Shown here: positions 1 to 13,174 of the stretch, piece after piece
Position numbering within the stretch: position 1 is the first letter of the stretch
Layout: the number at the start of each line of letters is the position of its first letter
DNA from: Octopus sinensis
Taxonomy: Eukaryota
Assembly (NCBI RefSeq): GCF_006345805.1
Contig: NC_043017.1
Span: forward strand, 1,984,001 to 2,048,000
DNA length: 64,000 nucleotides
Direction of reading: 5' to 3'
Made by a program: the position numbers and the translations under genes
The notes under the pieces: generated by a model
The model's database searches: none
What the model was told of the DNA's origin: nothing
The model's input: only the letters and a program-made list of their open reading frames with translations

Positions 1-1903
1 ATGTAATATGTATTAAACACATATATATTAAATATGCGTGCATATATATATGTGTGTGTGTATACATATACACACACATGTACGGACACCGCACACACTG
101 ACACCACACACACATATATATATATATGAAGCCACGACACGAGTAGAATGAAATTATTGTTGACAGTGGAATCTTCAGTGTTTTGGCCCTAATTCCTCTT
201 CCGTAAAAACCTGAATGAAAGGAAATAAAAGATGAGGTGCAAATGTTCAGACGGTTTCGGGTTGGATTTCCCGAATGTTCCGATTTGGACTTCGACCGAC
301 CGTAGCGAAGGATCTTGTTCGTGTATCGTCTCTATGTAAGCTAACCAATAGACTAGATGTCGGCAGTTTGAAGTACTTGGGTACATAAATTATACATTTT
401 GATCTGCATGTTTACATTGGATGGCATCTGAGCAGGATACGTTTACTGAAGGCTGAACGTGTCGCTCCAGGCGCACAAGCCCGAGCTAGGGAATTAGGAT
501 CAATTGTTAACAAGCAATGGTGGGGACTTCAGAGAAATGCTATTAAATTAGGAGTTATAAATTCTGGCAGAGCCGTACTAGAAGAGAAAAACAGGAGGAA
601 AAATAATACAGCCGACGACATAGCGGGGACAATGCCGTCGACCATTTCTCGAAAGTAAATTACGATGGCTGCATTGCTCGAGGTAAAAAGACTCATTAAA
701 GAAAAGACAGTGCAACGCACAGCAGTATCTAGTTCGTAGTAACGTCCATTTATACATATATCAACTTTTACTTCATACCTTATACGGTGGGTTAAACTGA
801 ATAGAAGACAAAGTTGTTGGATAGATATAATCTCCAAAACACTTGAACTCTTGATCCAATATGACGACAGTTAGAAGATTAATGAAAGCTGTAAAAGAAT
901 ATCACTACATTAACCGTGCTTCTTGTCTTCGAATCAGAGAATGAGCAATTCATTGATGATAAGTCTCCGTGAAATTCAGGAGCTGTTGATTCATATGAGT
1001 GCCTCTTACGAGTGTCCAAAAATGCATTAAAAATACGTTTGTTTAATGCCTCGACAATAGAATGTGAGATTCTATATGACTCTGGCATGAGAGTAACCGA
1101 TCAGAGTAACGCGAGTACCATGTAGTTATTGCGATGGCTAAAGAATGTTAAACACCTTGAAATCAAAGCAGATCCAATCACGCTAAACCTGTTGAAGAAA
1201 AGAGCGAAAAGCAGGATCCGAAACCCGGTACATACCCATCCACATATCCAGTGTGTTAAAAGTAGACCCAAATTGATTGAACGAGAATTGAAACTAGATC
1301 TCAGATTTGCAATGCTGCAGTGCTACTGCATGCACAACGGTGCTCAGTTTGTAAAGCTTTTTAATTATGTTTTCTTTTCGCATCCATGGAAATACAGTTA
1401 TTCAAATTGATTTGTAAAAACTGCTTGTCCATATTTTATTTTATTAATGAATTTTTCCACTTTCCTTTTTGTATTCTATCAACTCAAACTGCTTCACCGA
1501 TCTGCCGTTAGGGAGCGAATTAATTTCAGAGTCGTTAAATAACACACATACACACACACACACACAGAGAGAGTTGCATACATGTACGTATATAAACATT
1601 ATAATTATACATATGTGATCGTGTACGTCTACACATACACACACAGGCTCTCACACACAAACGTAATTTGTTCGTCTCGCATAGTCAGACATTTCGCGTA
1701 CACACACACACCTTTACACACACACACACACACCTTTACACACACACCATGTACACACCATCAACATACACAGAGAAAACAATTGCATGTCGGTTCAATT
1801 GCATGTCACAAAGTAACACGACAGGACTAGTCAAATATTTTGAAAAGCGGAAACATTATGAATACAAGGATAATTAAAAAGTAAAACCAAATACTAAAAG
1901 CGA

Positions 1904-1961
<58 letters not shown>

Positions 1962-2341
1962 GTAATAATAATAGTAATAATAATAGTAATAATGATGATG
2001 ATGATAATAATAAGATAGAATAAATGTTATTTAAAAAACAAAAAAGGACCTAATGTAAAGAAGAAAAAATAAAAAGCTATATACATAACCTAACAAGAGA
2101 AGCAAATCGAGACGAAGCACCATGGCGAACCCCAATACCAACGCTAACAACAACAACAACAGCAAGAGCAACAGCAACAATATCATGTAAAGTGAAAAAG
2201 AATAAAAATCGAAAGAATTTGTAAGCAAATGAAGCTATTTTTCCAGTACGCCAGAAGCTGATATATATTATAGTTTTCATTTAATTACTGTCAATTTTAA
2301 CTTAACAACTCATATGGACATATTTTGGGAAAAAAAGGAAA

Positions 2342-2412
<71 letters not shown>

Positions 2413-3045
2413 TCATATTTTTTCTTCTGTTGATTATGATGGATATTTTATTGGAGTTTTTGATAATTTTTTTTAAAATTATTTTTTCTCCTACGTCATA
2501 TTGGTGTTGTTGATGTTGCAATGATTGCTGCTTTTATTGAGGGTGTTGGAGGTGTTAGCGAGTTTTTGTGTTCTTGTTTATATATACATAGATATATATA
2601 TATATATATATAATTCTATTGTTGTTGACGTTGTCGTTGCCGTCGATGTTATTGTAATTGTTGTTGAAGTCCTCTTCGGATTGGTTTATTTGGTTAGGCT
2701 TCTGGTAATTTCCTGCTTTCTTTGCTATTTATTTAATCGTTTATTTGTTGTTATTGTTGTTATTATTACTGTTAGTGTATTTGGTGTAAAAGGTGCTGTT
2801 TTTGTTGTTGTTGTTGTTGTTATGATACAGACTGCTGCTACTGCAACTACTACAACTACTACTGCAGCTGCTGTTGTTGTTGTTGTTGTTGTTGTTGCTG
2901 TAACAGTGGCTTCGCATTTGTAGTAGTTTCTTATTTTCCTCTCAGGTTAAAGGGTGAAGTGATATAACGACAACAACGAAACGAACAACATCAGCGAACA
3001 GTAGCAACAAGATGCTGATGACCTCAACACGGATATCGTCATCAC

Positions 3046-3092
3046 CAACACCACCGTCACCAACACCACCATCATCATCATCATCGTCATCG

Positions 3093-3142
<50 letters not shown>

Positions 3143-3149
3143 GTCATCG

Positions 3150-3182
<33 letters not shown>

Positions 3183-3417
3183 ACATCATCATCATCATCG
3201 TCATCGTCATCATCATCATCATCATCATCATCATCAATCATCATCATCATCATCATCATCGTCATCATCATCATCATCATCATCATCAACATCATCATCA
3301 TCATCATCATCGTCATCGTCATCATCATCATCATCATCATCATCAACATCAACATCATCATCATCATCATCATCATCAACATCAACATCATCATCATCAT
3401 CATCATCATCGTCATCG

Positions 3418-3470
<53 letters not shown>

Positions 3471-3531
3471 GTCATCATCATCATCATCATCATCATCATC
3501 AACATCAACATCATCATCATCATCGTCATCG

Positions 3532-3578
<47 letters not shown>

Positions 3579-3678
3579 GTCATCGTCATCATCATCATCA
3601 TCATCATCATCAACATCAACATCATCATCATCATCATCATCGTCATCATCACCATCATCATCATCATCGTCATCGTCG

Positions 3679-3719
<41 letters not shown>

Positions 3720-4070
3720 GTCATCATCACCATCATCATCACCATCACCATCGCTATCATCACTACCATTGTAATCATCATGATCATGATCATCACCACC
3801 ACCGCTGCCACCACCACAGCCATCATCAACACCACCGCCACCATTATCATCATCATCATCACAACCACCATCATCACAACCACCACCACCACCATCATCA
3901 TCATCATCCTCATCATCATAATCACAACCACCACAATTAATATCACCATCACCACCACCACTGCCACCATCATCACAACCATCAGCACCACCACCACCAC
4001 CACCACCACCAATACTGCCACTAGCAGTACAGTCATATCAAAATCGTCGTCGTCGTCGTCGTCGTAGTCA
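3046..4070. repeat. ~1-kb compound (CAT)n/(CGT)/(CAC)n trinucleotide array
   Basis: Direct reading; source of the 387-aa and 351-aa pseudo-ORFs. Confidence 0.95.
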
Positions 4071-4294
4071 TTATTATCAACAGCAAGAGTGACATTGGTC
4101 GCCATAAAAATATCTGAAAAGGAAAATGAACAAAATGTTATCGCTTCTTCAATTATAAAATATTTAATTATTTTGCAATTTCAGTTTTTATGTATCTATA
4201 TATCAATATATGTATGTCACTCTCTCTCTCTCTCTCTCTCTCCCTCTCTTTCCACACTGAAAATATATGCGTACACACGTGCATATATATATAT

Positions 4295-4326
<32 letters not shown>

Positions 4327-4401
4327 ATACATGTACGTATATAAACATTATAACCTAACAAGATAAATAAATCGAGACGAAGCACCATGGCGAACCCCAA
4401 T

Positions 4402-4470
<69 letters not shown>

Positions 4471-4718
4471 TTGCTATTATGCAAAAGTGTCGCAAGTCCA
4501 AAACGTTGTTTTTTTTTTCAGAAAACGAAAGAACAGTTCCACCATTCCATAGCAAAACCGTTGTACTACGCTTTGACAATTTTTGATATCTTGGCATCTG
4601 AAGCAGCTGGAGGTACGAGAGTTTGACCAGATGAAGCGGCTACTGCAAGCAAAAATGAATATTAAACAAATCGCATTTGGCCGAATTTGGCCATACGTCA
4701 GTTGAACACAATAGCAAC

Positions 4719-4821
<103 letters not shown>

Positions 4822-4866
4822 TGTGTGTGTATAAGTATTAGTCTAACACTCGGGAAGTGAAAAAGT

Positions 4867-4902
4867 CTTTAACGTTTCGAGCCTACGCTCTTCCACAGAA
4901 AG
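4867..4902 (-). ncRNA. Hammerhead-like motif with CUGUGGA core (A6>U subfamily)
   Basis: Minus strand cttt-CTGTGGA-a-gagc-gtag-gctc-GAAA-cg-T-t-aaag; stems I and II intact; within a ~130-bp cassette between TA microsatellites. Confidence 0.55.
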
Positions 4903-4998
4903 GAACACAGGAGAAACAAGGAGAGAAAATAAAGAATGTGTAGTGGCTAGAGATCTATCATGGAGAAGGATACATACATGTATATATATATATATATA

Positions 4999-5033
<35 letters not shown>

Positions 5034-5073
5034 GTATATATATATTATTATATATATATATATGTAAATATAA

Positions 5074-5118
<45 letters not shown>

Positions 5119-5196
5119 GTAATATATATATTTATACATATATACATATATATACATTTATATATAGAGAGAGATACACACATATATATGTGTAAC

Positions 5197-5233
<37 letters not shown>

Positions 5234-5735
5234 ATATATATATACAAAATATATATATATATATATGTATACGTGCGTAATTATATTTATTTCCTAATGG
5301 ACTAGAAACAACGTATATCTACATTAATTCCTCATTTAGAATGAATCAATAAACATTGGCAAAAAAAAAGGAAAAAGAAGAGAACGAAAACGAAAGAAAA
5401 AAGCGTCAAGAAAGTTTATTATTAAATTTGAAAATTGAATACTCCATCTAATTAATGTTTTCCATTGCAGTATCTTTTCATGTATAGTTCAGTGCTTTTG
5501 GCAGTTAGCTTGTTTGTTACTCGGATATTTAGCGTCTCTCTGTTGCATAATAATGTTAGTAAATTGATGCTAATGAGTTCGATTAAACACACTCAACCTG
5601 TTCTCCGCTCATTCTCTCTTACCTTTTCTCTCTACATTTCAGATTTTTATCCTATTTCACATTGTATCGTCTCTTTATTGATCCTTATATAAATATTTAT
5701 ATATAAATATAAATATACAATACATATATATATAC

Positions 5736-5815
<80 letters not shown>

Positions 5816-5936
5816 TATATATACTATATATATATACATATATATATATGTGTATATATATATATATATATTATATATATATAGTATATATATATATATA
5901 TATATCTATATATATATATACACACACACACATATA

Positions 5937-5990
<54 letters not shown>

Positions 5991-6317
5991 TATATATATA
6001 TATATACAAGGTTATTGTTAATAGAAATTTATATGTATATATATATATATTTCTCTGCATACCATTTTTCTTCTATGCTTCCTCTCTTTCTCTATATATG
6101 TGTGTATGTGTGTGTCTGTGTGTGCATGCATGCGTTTCCACATATGCATATATCTACATCGTTATTAACCGATATCCATCACTATACACAGCGAACCATT
6201 ACAAAGAATCTCTATAATACCTAATAATTAAAACTAATTCTTTCTTTAAATACAGAAGTGTGGTTCCATAATAGTGTAAGGATATATATGTATATACATC
6301 ATACATACATACATACA

Positions 6318-6353
<36 letters not shown>

Positions 6354-6391
6354 TATGTGTGTGTGTGCGTGCGTGTATGTATGTATGTATG

Positions 6392-6423
<32 letters not shown>

Positions 6424-6439
6424 CTTCTTTGTATGTATG

Positions 6440-6478
<39 letters not shown>

Positions 6479-6489
6479 TCTTTAAATCC

Positions 6490-6615
6490 TCTACTCTTTT
6501 ACTTGTTTCACTCATTTGACTGCGGCCATGATGAAGCACCGCCTGTAGTCGACAAATCGACCACAGGACTTTTTATTTGTAAGCCTAGTACTTATTCTAT
6601 CTGTCTCTATTGCTG
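6490..6615 (-). mobile_element. SINE family 1, 3' fragment
   Basis: tactcttttacttgtttcactcatttgactgcggccatg...taagcctagtacttattctatc. Confidence 0.75.
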
Positions 6616-7232
6616 CGATAATCTGGTCAGTGTATGCCCCATCCTAAACTGGGAGCATCCAAACTACTTTTGTGGCATCCACTTCATGGTGGTGTAAGAG
6701 GAGAACTAAAAACCGGGTCTAAAGAATTGTACCTAACGAAGCAAGTTCATATGCTGCCCTTTCAACCCTTTACCTGCTGTAAAATAATTACATCTGTCCA
6801 ATATGTTTGTCAGACAATACTTGTTTCAAAGGCATTCAGCTGGCAGAATTGTCTGCACGCCAGACAATGTTCTTTGCGGTATTTTCGTCTGTCTTTACGT
6901 TTTGAGCATAAGGAATTCTAATATGTGAATGGAATCTTTAATCACTGCTATGAAGATCTATAATTTATGTACGAAAATAGAAATAATATCATTTATATGT
7001 GTGGCCGATATTGCCAATGTGAGAAATAAATAATATACTTACACCCGCGTAAGTTGATTACCAGTGCTCAGCTGGAACTTGTTTTATGGAAGGTAAAGTT
7101 GACCTTAGTAGAGTTTGAACTCAGGAAGTAATATTGACAAAATGCCGCTAAGCATTTTCCCCGGCATCCTAACGATTCTACTGGCTCGCAGCCTTTGAAA
7201 TAAGTATAACCAGAAAACACACTGTACAGATG

Positions 7233-7406
7233 GACTGTATTTTAACGTTTACAAGGAACCCTTTTTTGTCAAAAATTAGGTAAAAAAAATATGGGAGTTA
7301 TTTATACATGGACAGTATTATAATCCCTTACAAAACCCTTTTTTTTTTTAACAAATTTTACGCCACCAAAATTAGGGGGTTTTTTTCTACACGTTAAAAG
7401 ACGGTA
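7233..7406. mobile_element. MITE with Tc2/pogo-like terminal inverted repeats
   Basis: Left end gactgtattttaacgtttacaaggaaccc versus reverse complement of right end taccgtcttttaacgtgtagaaaaaaccc; non-coding AT-rich interior. Confidence 0.5.
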
Positions 7407-7842
7407 ATTATTTACAGTATTTTAATCTCGTCATTTGAAGTTCGAAGGTCTGTCAAAACCAACAGATATTGCCATTTACTCATTAGGAATGAAATAATTA
7501 AATGTAATTAATCAGCAAAATTAGTCCCCTGGTAGTCGCGTACGTGTGAAGGACGGCAACATTTATCTTTCGATGCGAGACACTGATATATTTCTTGAAA
7601 TTTAGATGTTATATATTAGTAGGAACTTAGATGGCTCAGTCCAACCTCTGTATTTGAACTTGTGACCGTCTATCTATGATGTTGTCGTTACAGTACACAC
7701 CGCGCACGCGCACATACACTTGCAAACAGAGATATGTTTGTGAGCGTGACAAAGAATCTAAAATAATTATAAAGCTAAAGTGAAGACCAAACATATAGTG
7801 CGTGTGTTTAATTGGAAAAGATGACCGTCCCCAAGCATAACA

Positions 7843-7887
<45 letters not shown>

Positions 7888-7898
7888 ACATACATACA

Positions 7899-7934
<36 letters not shown>

Positions 7935-8065
7935 TATATGAATATAACTATATATAAATATGCACATATACATACATATATATGCATATATACGTATATA
8001 TTCATATATATATAAATAAACACATTTACATCTATGTATATATATATATATATATATACATAAAT

Positions 8066-8142
<77 letters not shown>

Positions 8143-8849
8143 TAGATAGATAGATAGATATATAGATAGATAGATATATAGATAGATATACAGATAGATA
8201 TAATATAAGGAGAGACGAGTATATTAATTCCAGTATAACTTTATTTATGACATATCAGTTCCTTCGCCCTTAAAAGAAATCAGATAATTGTTGTTTTTTA
8301 TTAGTTTTTTTATTGTTGTTGCTGTTCTTTCCTTTTGTTGTTCTTTAAAGAAACTGAACCTGTAAAATGGTGGTCATGTGGAAAGATATTTGATTCATTA
8401 GGAAGCGATCGTTATTATTAAAGTCAAGATGACAACTCGCTGATATATGACGGCGTTGGTTATTAACGAATCTAAATATAGTTGTAGGACGCTTCTTATT
8501 TGTTGACATGTAAATAAGAGACATAATTTATTACGTGTAGCGTCTCATAAAGCATTGAGTTGCAGGGACACGAAGGAAGATTTCGGTCTCCCTGTCACGA
8601 ATCTAGGATAAATCAGGTCAAGTTATTGTTAGTCTTGTTTTTGCCGTAGTTTCCACCCCCACCCACCCCCTCACACCCCACGCTGCTCCAATACAAGTTC
8701 AATCCTGTAATTCGATTTCGATTGACAATATGGCTTCGACTTGAATTACCTTGAGACTTGAAACTTCTGCGAAAAAACTTGGTGATGGACACCGTAACTA
8801 GCGCAAATTTGGTCGAATAATTTGCATATCAATTTGAGGACGGGGATTT

Positions 8850-9700
8850 TTTTTTCTAAGAGACGAATTGATAAAAGTATAATAGCATCAGACGAAATAT
8901 CTTGTGATACTTATTGTCTCCCTGTATTTTTAGTTCAAATCCCGCCACGATCAACTTGCATGTTATCCTTCCGGGAGAGACAAATAATTCACCAGTCAAG
9001 GGCGATGACTAACAGAATTAGAAGATCGTCAGTTCGGGTGATTTGCAGTGTTATTTCCGGACCTTTGCGTTCTAATACTGATGTTGTCGAGCTCTGCTTG
9101 TTTTTTTATAGACCTAATCATCTCTCACGCAAGTACCTTAAGTGGAGTTCTACAGAACTATCGTGAGTTCAGAATATTTGTTCAGAACAAAGTGTAGAGA
9201 AGTTGACAGAACAGAAATAGGAGATCTCCTAGCCAGGTCACCAAATACATTGACCTTCAGGATTGTCCTTCCTTCATGTCAACGTAAAGATTATAATACT
9301 CAACCTGACACATGGTACATGGTAGTATGTATATTGACAGAATGAGGAAGTACGATAAAACTTCTTCTTAGACGATCATCTAGTTAAATCTTCCAGAAAA
9401 TCTTGGAATATTTTCATCCGTTTGCATCTTTCTCCTTTAATCACACCCTAGATAACCTACTAAATGACTCCTAAGGGTTTTGTTACGCAAGGCTTTGCAC
9501 TTCCACGAGATTTGTGCATCTTATGTATATGATGTTGCTAGAATTTTAGATGGGAAGAATTTTTTTTTAGATTCGGGTTTAAACTTGATTAGCAATAAAG
9601 TTTGTGGGTTTTGTTGATCGCAGCTCAGTTCTATTCGTGTGGAGCTACAAAGAACGGCATTCTAATTATGAGCATCCGTCCTTTTATGATAATTCTGGTT
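8850..9700 (+). mobile_element. Possible heavily decayed BEL/Pao pol fragment
   Basis: Broken frames give YLKWSST, REFRIFVQNKV...SPSQ and NYEHP, loosely like BEL RNaseH (VLxWI, FVxNRV) and linker (KHP) motifs. Confidence 0.25.
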
Positions 9701-10073
9701 GATAGAGCGACTGTGTAGGCGCTCAGTTATTGAAGCTAGTAATCAATTTGGCGGGTGCAGCATTGACGCATGACGCCATTTAGATCGCGACTGTGGCCCC
9801 ACGGACAGACATAAGTAATTGTCAAGAGACATTTTTGAAACTGTTCATGGGGAAATGGAAAAGTATCTTAAACACACATTGATATTGTATCAATGCGGTG
9901 ATGAGTAAAAGAGTAGAGGGCAAAAGTCTCGTATATCTGTTAAAAAAACATCTGTATCTATTTTACAGACGGTGAATAATTCTCACGTGTTCAATGTAAA
10001 CATGTTCAATGTAAACATGTTCAATGTAACCTTGGCAAACACCATTGGGTCAGCAAGGTCACTCCTTGTTACT

Positions 10074-10506
10074 CTCTTTAATCTTTACTCTTTTACTTGT
10101 TTCAGTCATTTTGACTGCGACCATGCTGGAGCACCGCCTTTAGTCGTGCAAATCGACCCCAGGACTTATTCTTTGTAAGACTAGTACTTATTCTGTCGGT
10201 CACTTTTGCCCACCAATGTCGATTATCAAATGATGTTGGGACACACACACACACACACACAAACACAAATATACACACACACACTACACACACACACACA
10301 CAAATATATACACACACATACATATATACATATGCATATATAGGACGGGTTTCTTTCAGTTTCCGTCTACCAAATCCACTCACAAGGCTTTGGTCGAGCC
10401 GAGGCTATAGTAGAAGACACTTGCCCAAGGTGCCACGCATTGGGAATGAACCCGGAACCATGTGGTTGGTAAGCAAGCTACTTATCACACAGCCACTCCT
10501 ACGCCT
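10074..10506 (-). mobile_element. tRNA-derived SINE family 1 (octopus OR-like), full length
   Basis: A box gtggctgtgtgataag, B box gggttcattcc, CORE-like ggcaccttgggcaagtgtcttc, internal (TA)/(TG) microsatellite, tail gtaaaagagtaaag. Confidence 0.85.
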
Positions 10507-10517
10507 AAAGTGTGTGA

Positions 10518-10636
10518 CACATACAGTACCTAGGTTTCCCAGGCGGTCACCCATCTAAGTACTAACTAGGCTCCACGTTGCTTAACTTCGGTGATCGGAC
10601 GAGAACCGGTGCTCCCGACGTGATACGGCCGTAAGC
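10518..10636 (-). pseudogene. 5S rRNA pseudogene (full length, 119 nt)
   Basis: Minus strand reads gcttacggccgtatcacgtcgggagcaccggttctcgtccgatcaccgaagttaagcaacgtggagcctagttagtacttagatgggtgaccgcctgggaaacctaggtactgtatgtg, colinear with metazoan 5S. It has helix I/II mismatches, a box C change (tagatggg) and no >=4-T terminator. Confidence 0.85.
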
Positions 10637-11303
10637 CATATCACGTTGGATAAGAATCACGAAGTTTCCAGTTGAAAGCCTAAACAAAACTGAATAATTT
10701 ACAGAACTACGAACCTGCGTCTACATGGTCACTAGAACCGTTAGCAACATCAACCAAATCTTACTGGAATCACACCGTTCTGTCTTATAAAGGAACAAAA
10801 AAGAAAAAAAAAACCAGAAAATCTGCATAATAATTTCTGAAACCCATTATGTATGACTGAATTAATGCTCACTAATGGAACTGTTTGTAATAATGAACTG
10901 CTTCAAATAGAGTCGATTTATGAGTAATAACAACACAAACATTGCATAAAATTAAGTACTCTTTGAGTTTTTCTAGCAGAGTTCTTAGACATTTCTTTCA
11001 CTGCGGTGCCTTTTTATTTCTTAAGGGAATTTTTTTTTTCACTCAATAACAAATTTAGAATATAATTCTGTGAATGTTCAAGATATGATGACAAACTGTC
11101 ATCAGTTAAGATAGTTGCCAGTAAAACGATAACGATTTTCCTCTCAACACATTTTTCTTTTTCCTAATCTCTTCCTTGTTTTCGAAATAAATTGAAACTT
11201 TATCTTCGGAATCAGGATATTATTATCACCAGAATCAGGTTTACTTCATTCCTTCGCCTCCCCACCCCTTTTTTTAGAGTATGAAGTCAAGTGGGCACTG
11301 AGC

Positions 11304-11651
11304 TTTCTTCTTCTTCTTCTTCTTCTTCTTCTTCTTCTTCTTCTTCTTCTTCTTCTTCTTCTTCGTCATCTCCTCCTTACTCTTCGTTTCCTTTTTCTTC
11401 TTGGCCTTCTTTGTCTACTCATTTCCTTCTCCTTCCTCTTCTTCTACTTCTCTTTCTTCTTCTTCCTTCTCTTCTTCTTCTTCTTCTTCTTCCACCTTCT
11501 TCTTCTCCTTCTTCTACTCTTCTCCCCGTCCTCCTTCTTCTTCATCTTCTATTCCTTCTTCTTCTCTTCCTCTCCTGCCCGTCCTCCTCCTCATCCTCCT
11601 CCTCCTCCACCTTCTTCTTCTTCTTCTTCTTCTTCTTCTTCTTCTTCTTCT
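11304..11651. repeat. (TCT)n/(CCT)n polypyrimidine array; similar purine or pyrimidine arrays at 12371-12420, 12763-12823 and 15135-15370
   Basis: Direct reading. Confidence 0.9.
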
Positions 11652-11902
11652 TGGTTAAAAATTGATTGATTTTGTTGTTTAGAAAAATTCTTTTCGTATT
11701 CTAAGTGAAGAATGAGGCGGTCAGATAGGAAAAAACAGTTCATAATAAATGTTTGAACTTGCAATGTCGGATGGTCGTGGAAGGGACTCAATTTGGTCTT
11801 GCCAAGGGCTTGAACAATAATGTCGAAATTAGTGTGAAGTTCAATTATTATTAAACAACAAAAGCATGATAATGTACCATCACTGGCAACAACAACCACA
11901 GC

Positions 11903-12330
11903 GGAGGCGCAATGGCGCAGTGGTTAGGGCAGCGGACAGGCGGACGTAAAAACGCGGGTTCGATTCCCAGACCGAGCATTGTGAGTGTTTATTGACCAAA
12001 ACACCTAAGCTCCACGTGGCTCCGGCGGGGAGAGGTGGTGAACCCCGCTAAACTCTTTCACCACAATTTCTCTCATTCTTTCTTCCTACTTCTGCCACAA
12101 AGCAGAGGAACCATGGTGTAACCCATTATGGTGTGGTGAACTTTCAGACCCTAGTCTAGATTGCGAATCCTCTGTATCCCAGGATAGTTCAGCTCTCCAC
12201 CCGTTAAAAGCCACCGTTTACGGAATGAGGATAGCAACGTAGCTTTCGCGTCCGTGCAACCGCCAGTCTATCGCGTGTGATGGGTGGATCTTCAAGTTGC
12301 CACATTATTAGCTTGGAGTAGGCTCGAATT
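11903..12330 (+). mobile_element. tRNA-SINE head/body type 2 (OK-like) plus a unique tail Z
   Basis: ggaggcgcaatggcgcagtggttagggcagcggac...gggttcgattcccagacc (A/B boxes). Body shared with 24741 and 40585 up to ~12092, then unrelated sequence. Confidence 0.75.
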
Positions 12331-12949
12331 AGAGATTATTCTTTGTGGCTAATGGCGTGAGTCCTGATTGGAAGAAGAAGAAGAAGAAGAAGAAGAAGAA
12401 GAAGAAGAAGAAGAAGAAGACAACAACCACATTTAAATAAAGTCAACAACAACAAGAAGAACCGCGTAACAGGACCGATATCATCCTCAATTACAAGTAT
12501 AATAGAAACAATGAAACTTAGCACAACAAAATTTAGAGATAAAGAAAGAAAAAAGAAAATGGAGGTAAATGAGTTGTTAGTGTTGGGTGGGAGAAGAAAA
12601 AATGGAAAAATTGGGAGTAAATGAAGTTAAGTGAAGATATGACAATAGTTTAAGAAGATGAATAAGAAATAAAATGAGAAAAATGTATGAGAATAAATTA
12701 TGAAGATAGGTGTTGTTGTTTTTGTTCTTCTTGTTATTCTTCATATTATTTTTTCTTCTTCTTCTTCTTCTTCTTCTTCTTCTTCTTCTTCTTCTTCTTC
12801 TCCTCCTCCTTCTTCTTCTTTTTCTTGGTTGTGGTGTTGGAGTTGGTGGTGTTGGTGACGGTTGTTGTCGTCGTCGTAGTGGTGGTGCGGTGTCTTACTA
12901 AAGAAGCTCATTTCTGTATGCACGCATATGTCTGTGTATTTTTGTGTGA

Positions 12950-13023
<74 letters not shown>

Positions 13024-13142
13024 CGTGTATGTGTGTGTATGTATATATATATGTATATAATTATGTATGTAATACATAAATATATATACATATGCATATA
13101 TACATAGATATACATACAGACATATATATAATATATATATGC

Positions 13143-13174
<32 letters not shown>

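Noticed and set aside
2942-4105. 387-aa Met-rich/poly-Asp ORF resembling acidic biomineralisation proteins or reflectin-like Met-rich proteins
   Set aside because: It is a translated GAT/GTG microsatellite, open in several frames on both strands, with no reflectin motif or signal peptide.
4522-4612. Possible isolated exon (ttttcag acceptor, gag|gtacga donor; KTKEQFHHSIAKPLYYALTIF)
   Set aside because: No recognisable domain, an equally plausible minus-strand reading exists, and no partner exons can be linked.
11903-11975. tRNA genes at SINE heads (11903, 24741, 40586 and others)
   Set aside because: A and B boxes are present but the acceptor stems do not close, and each continues into a SINE body.
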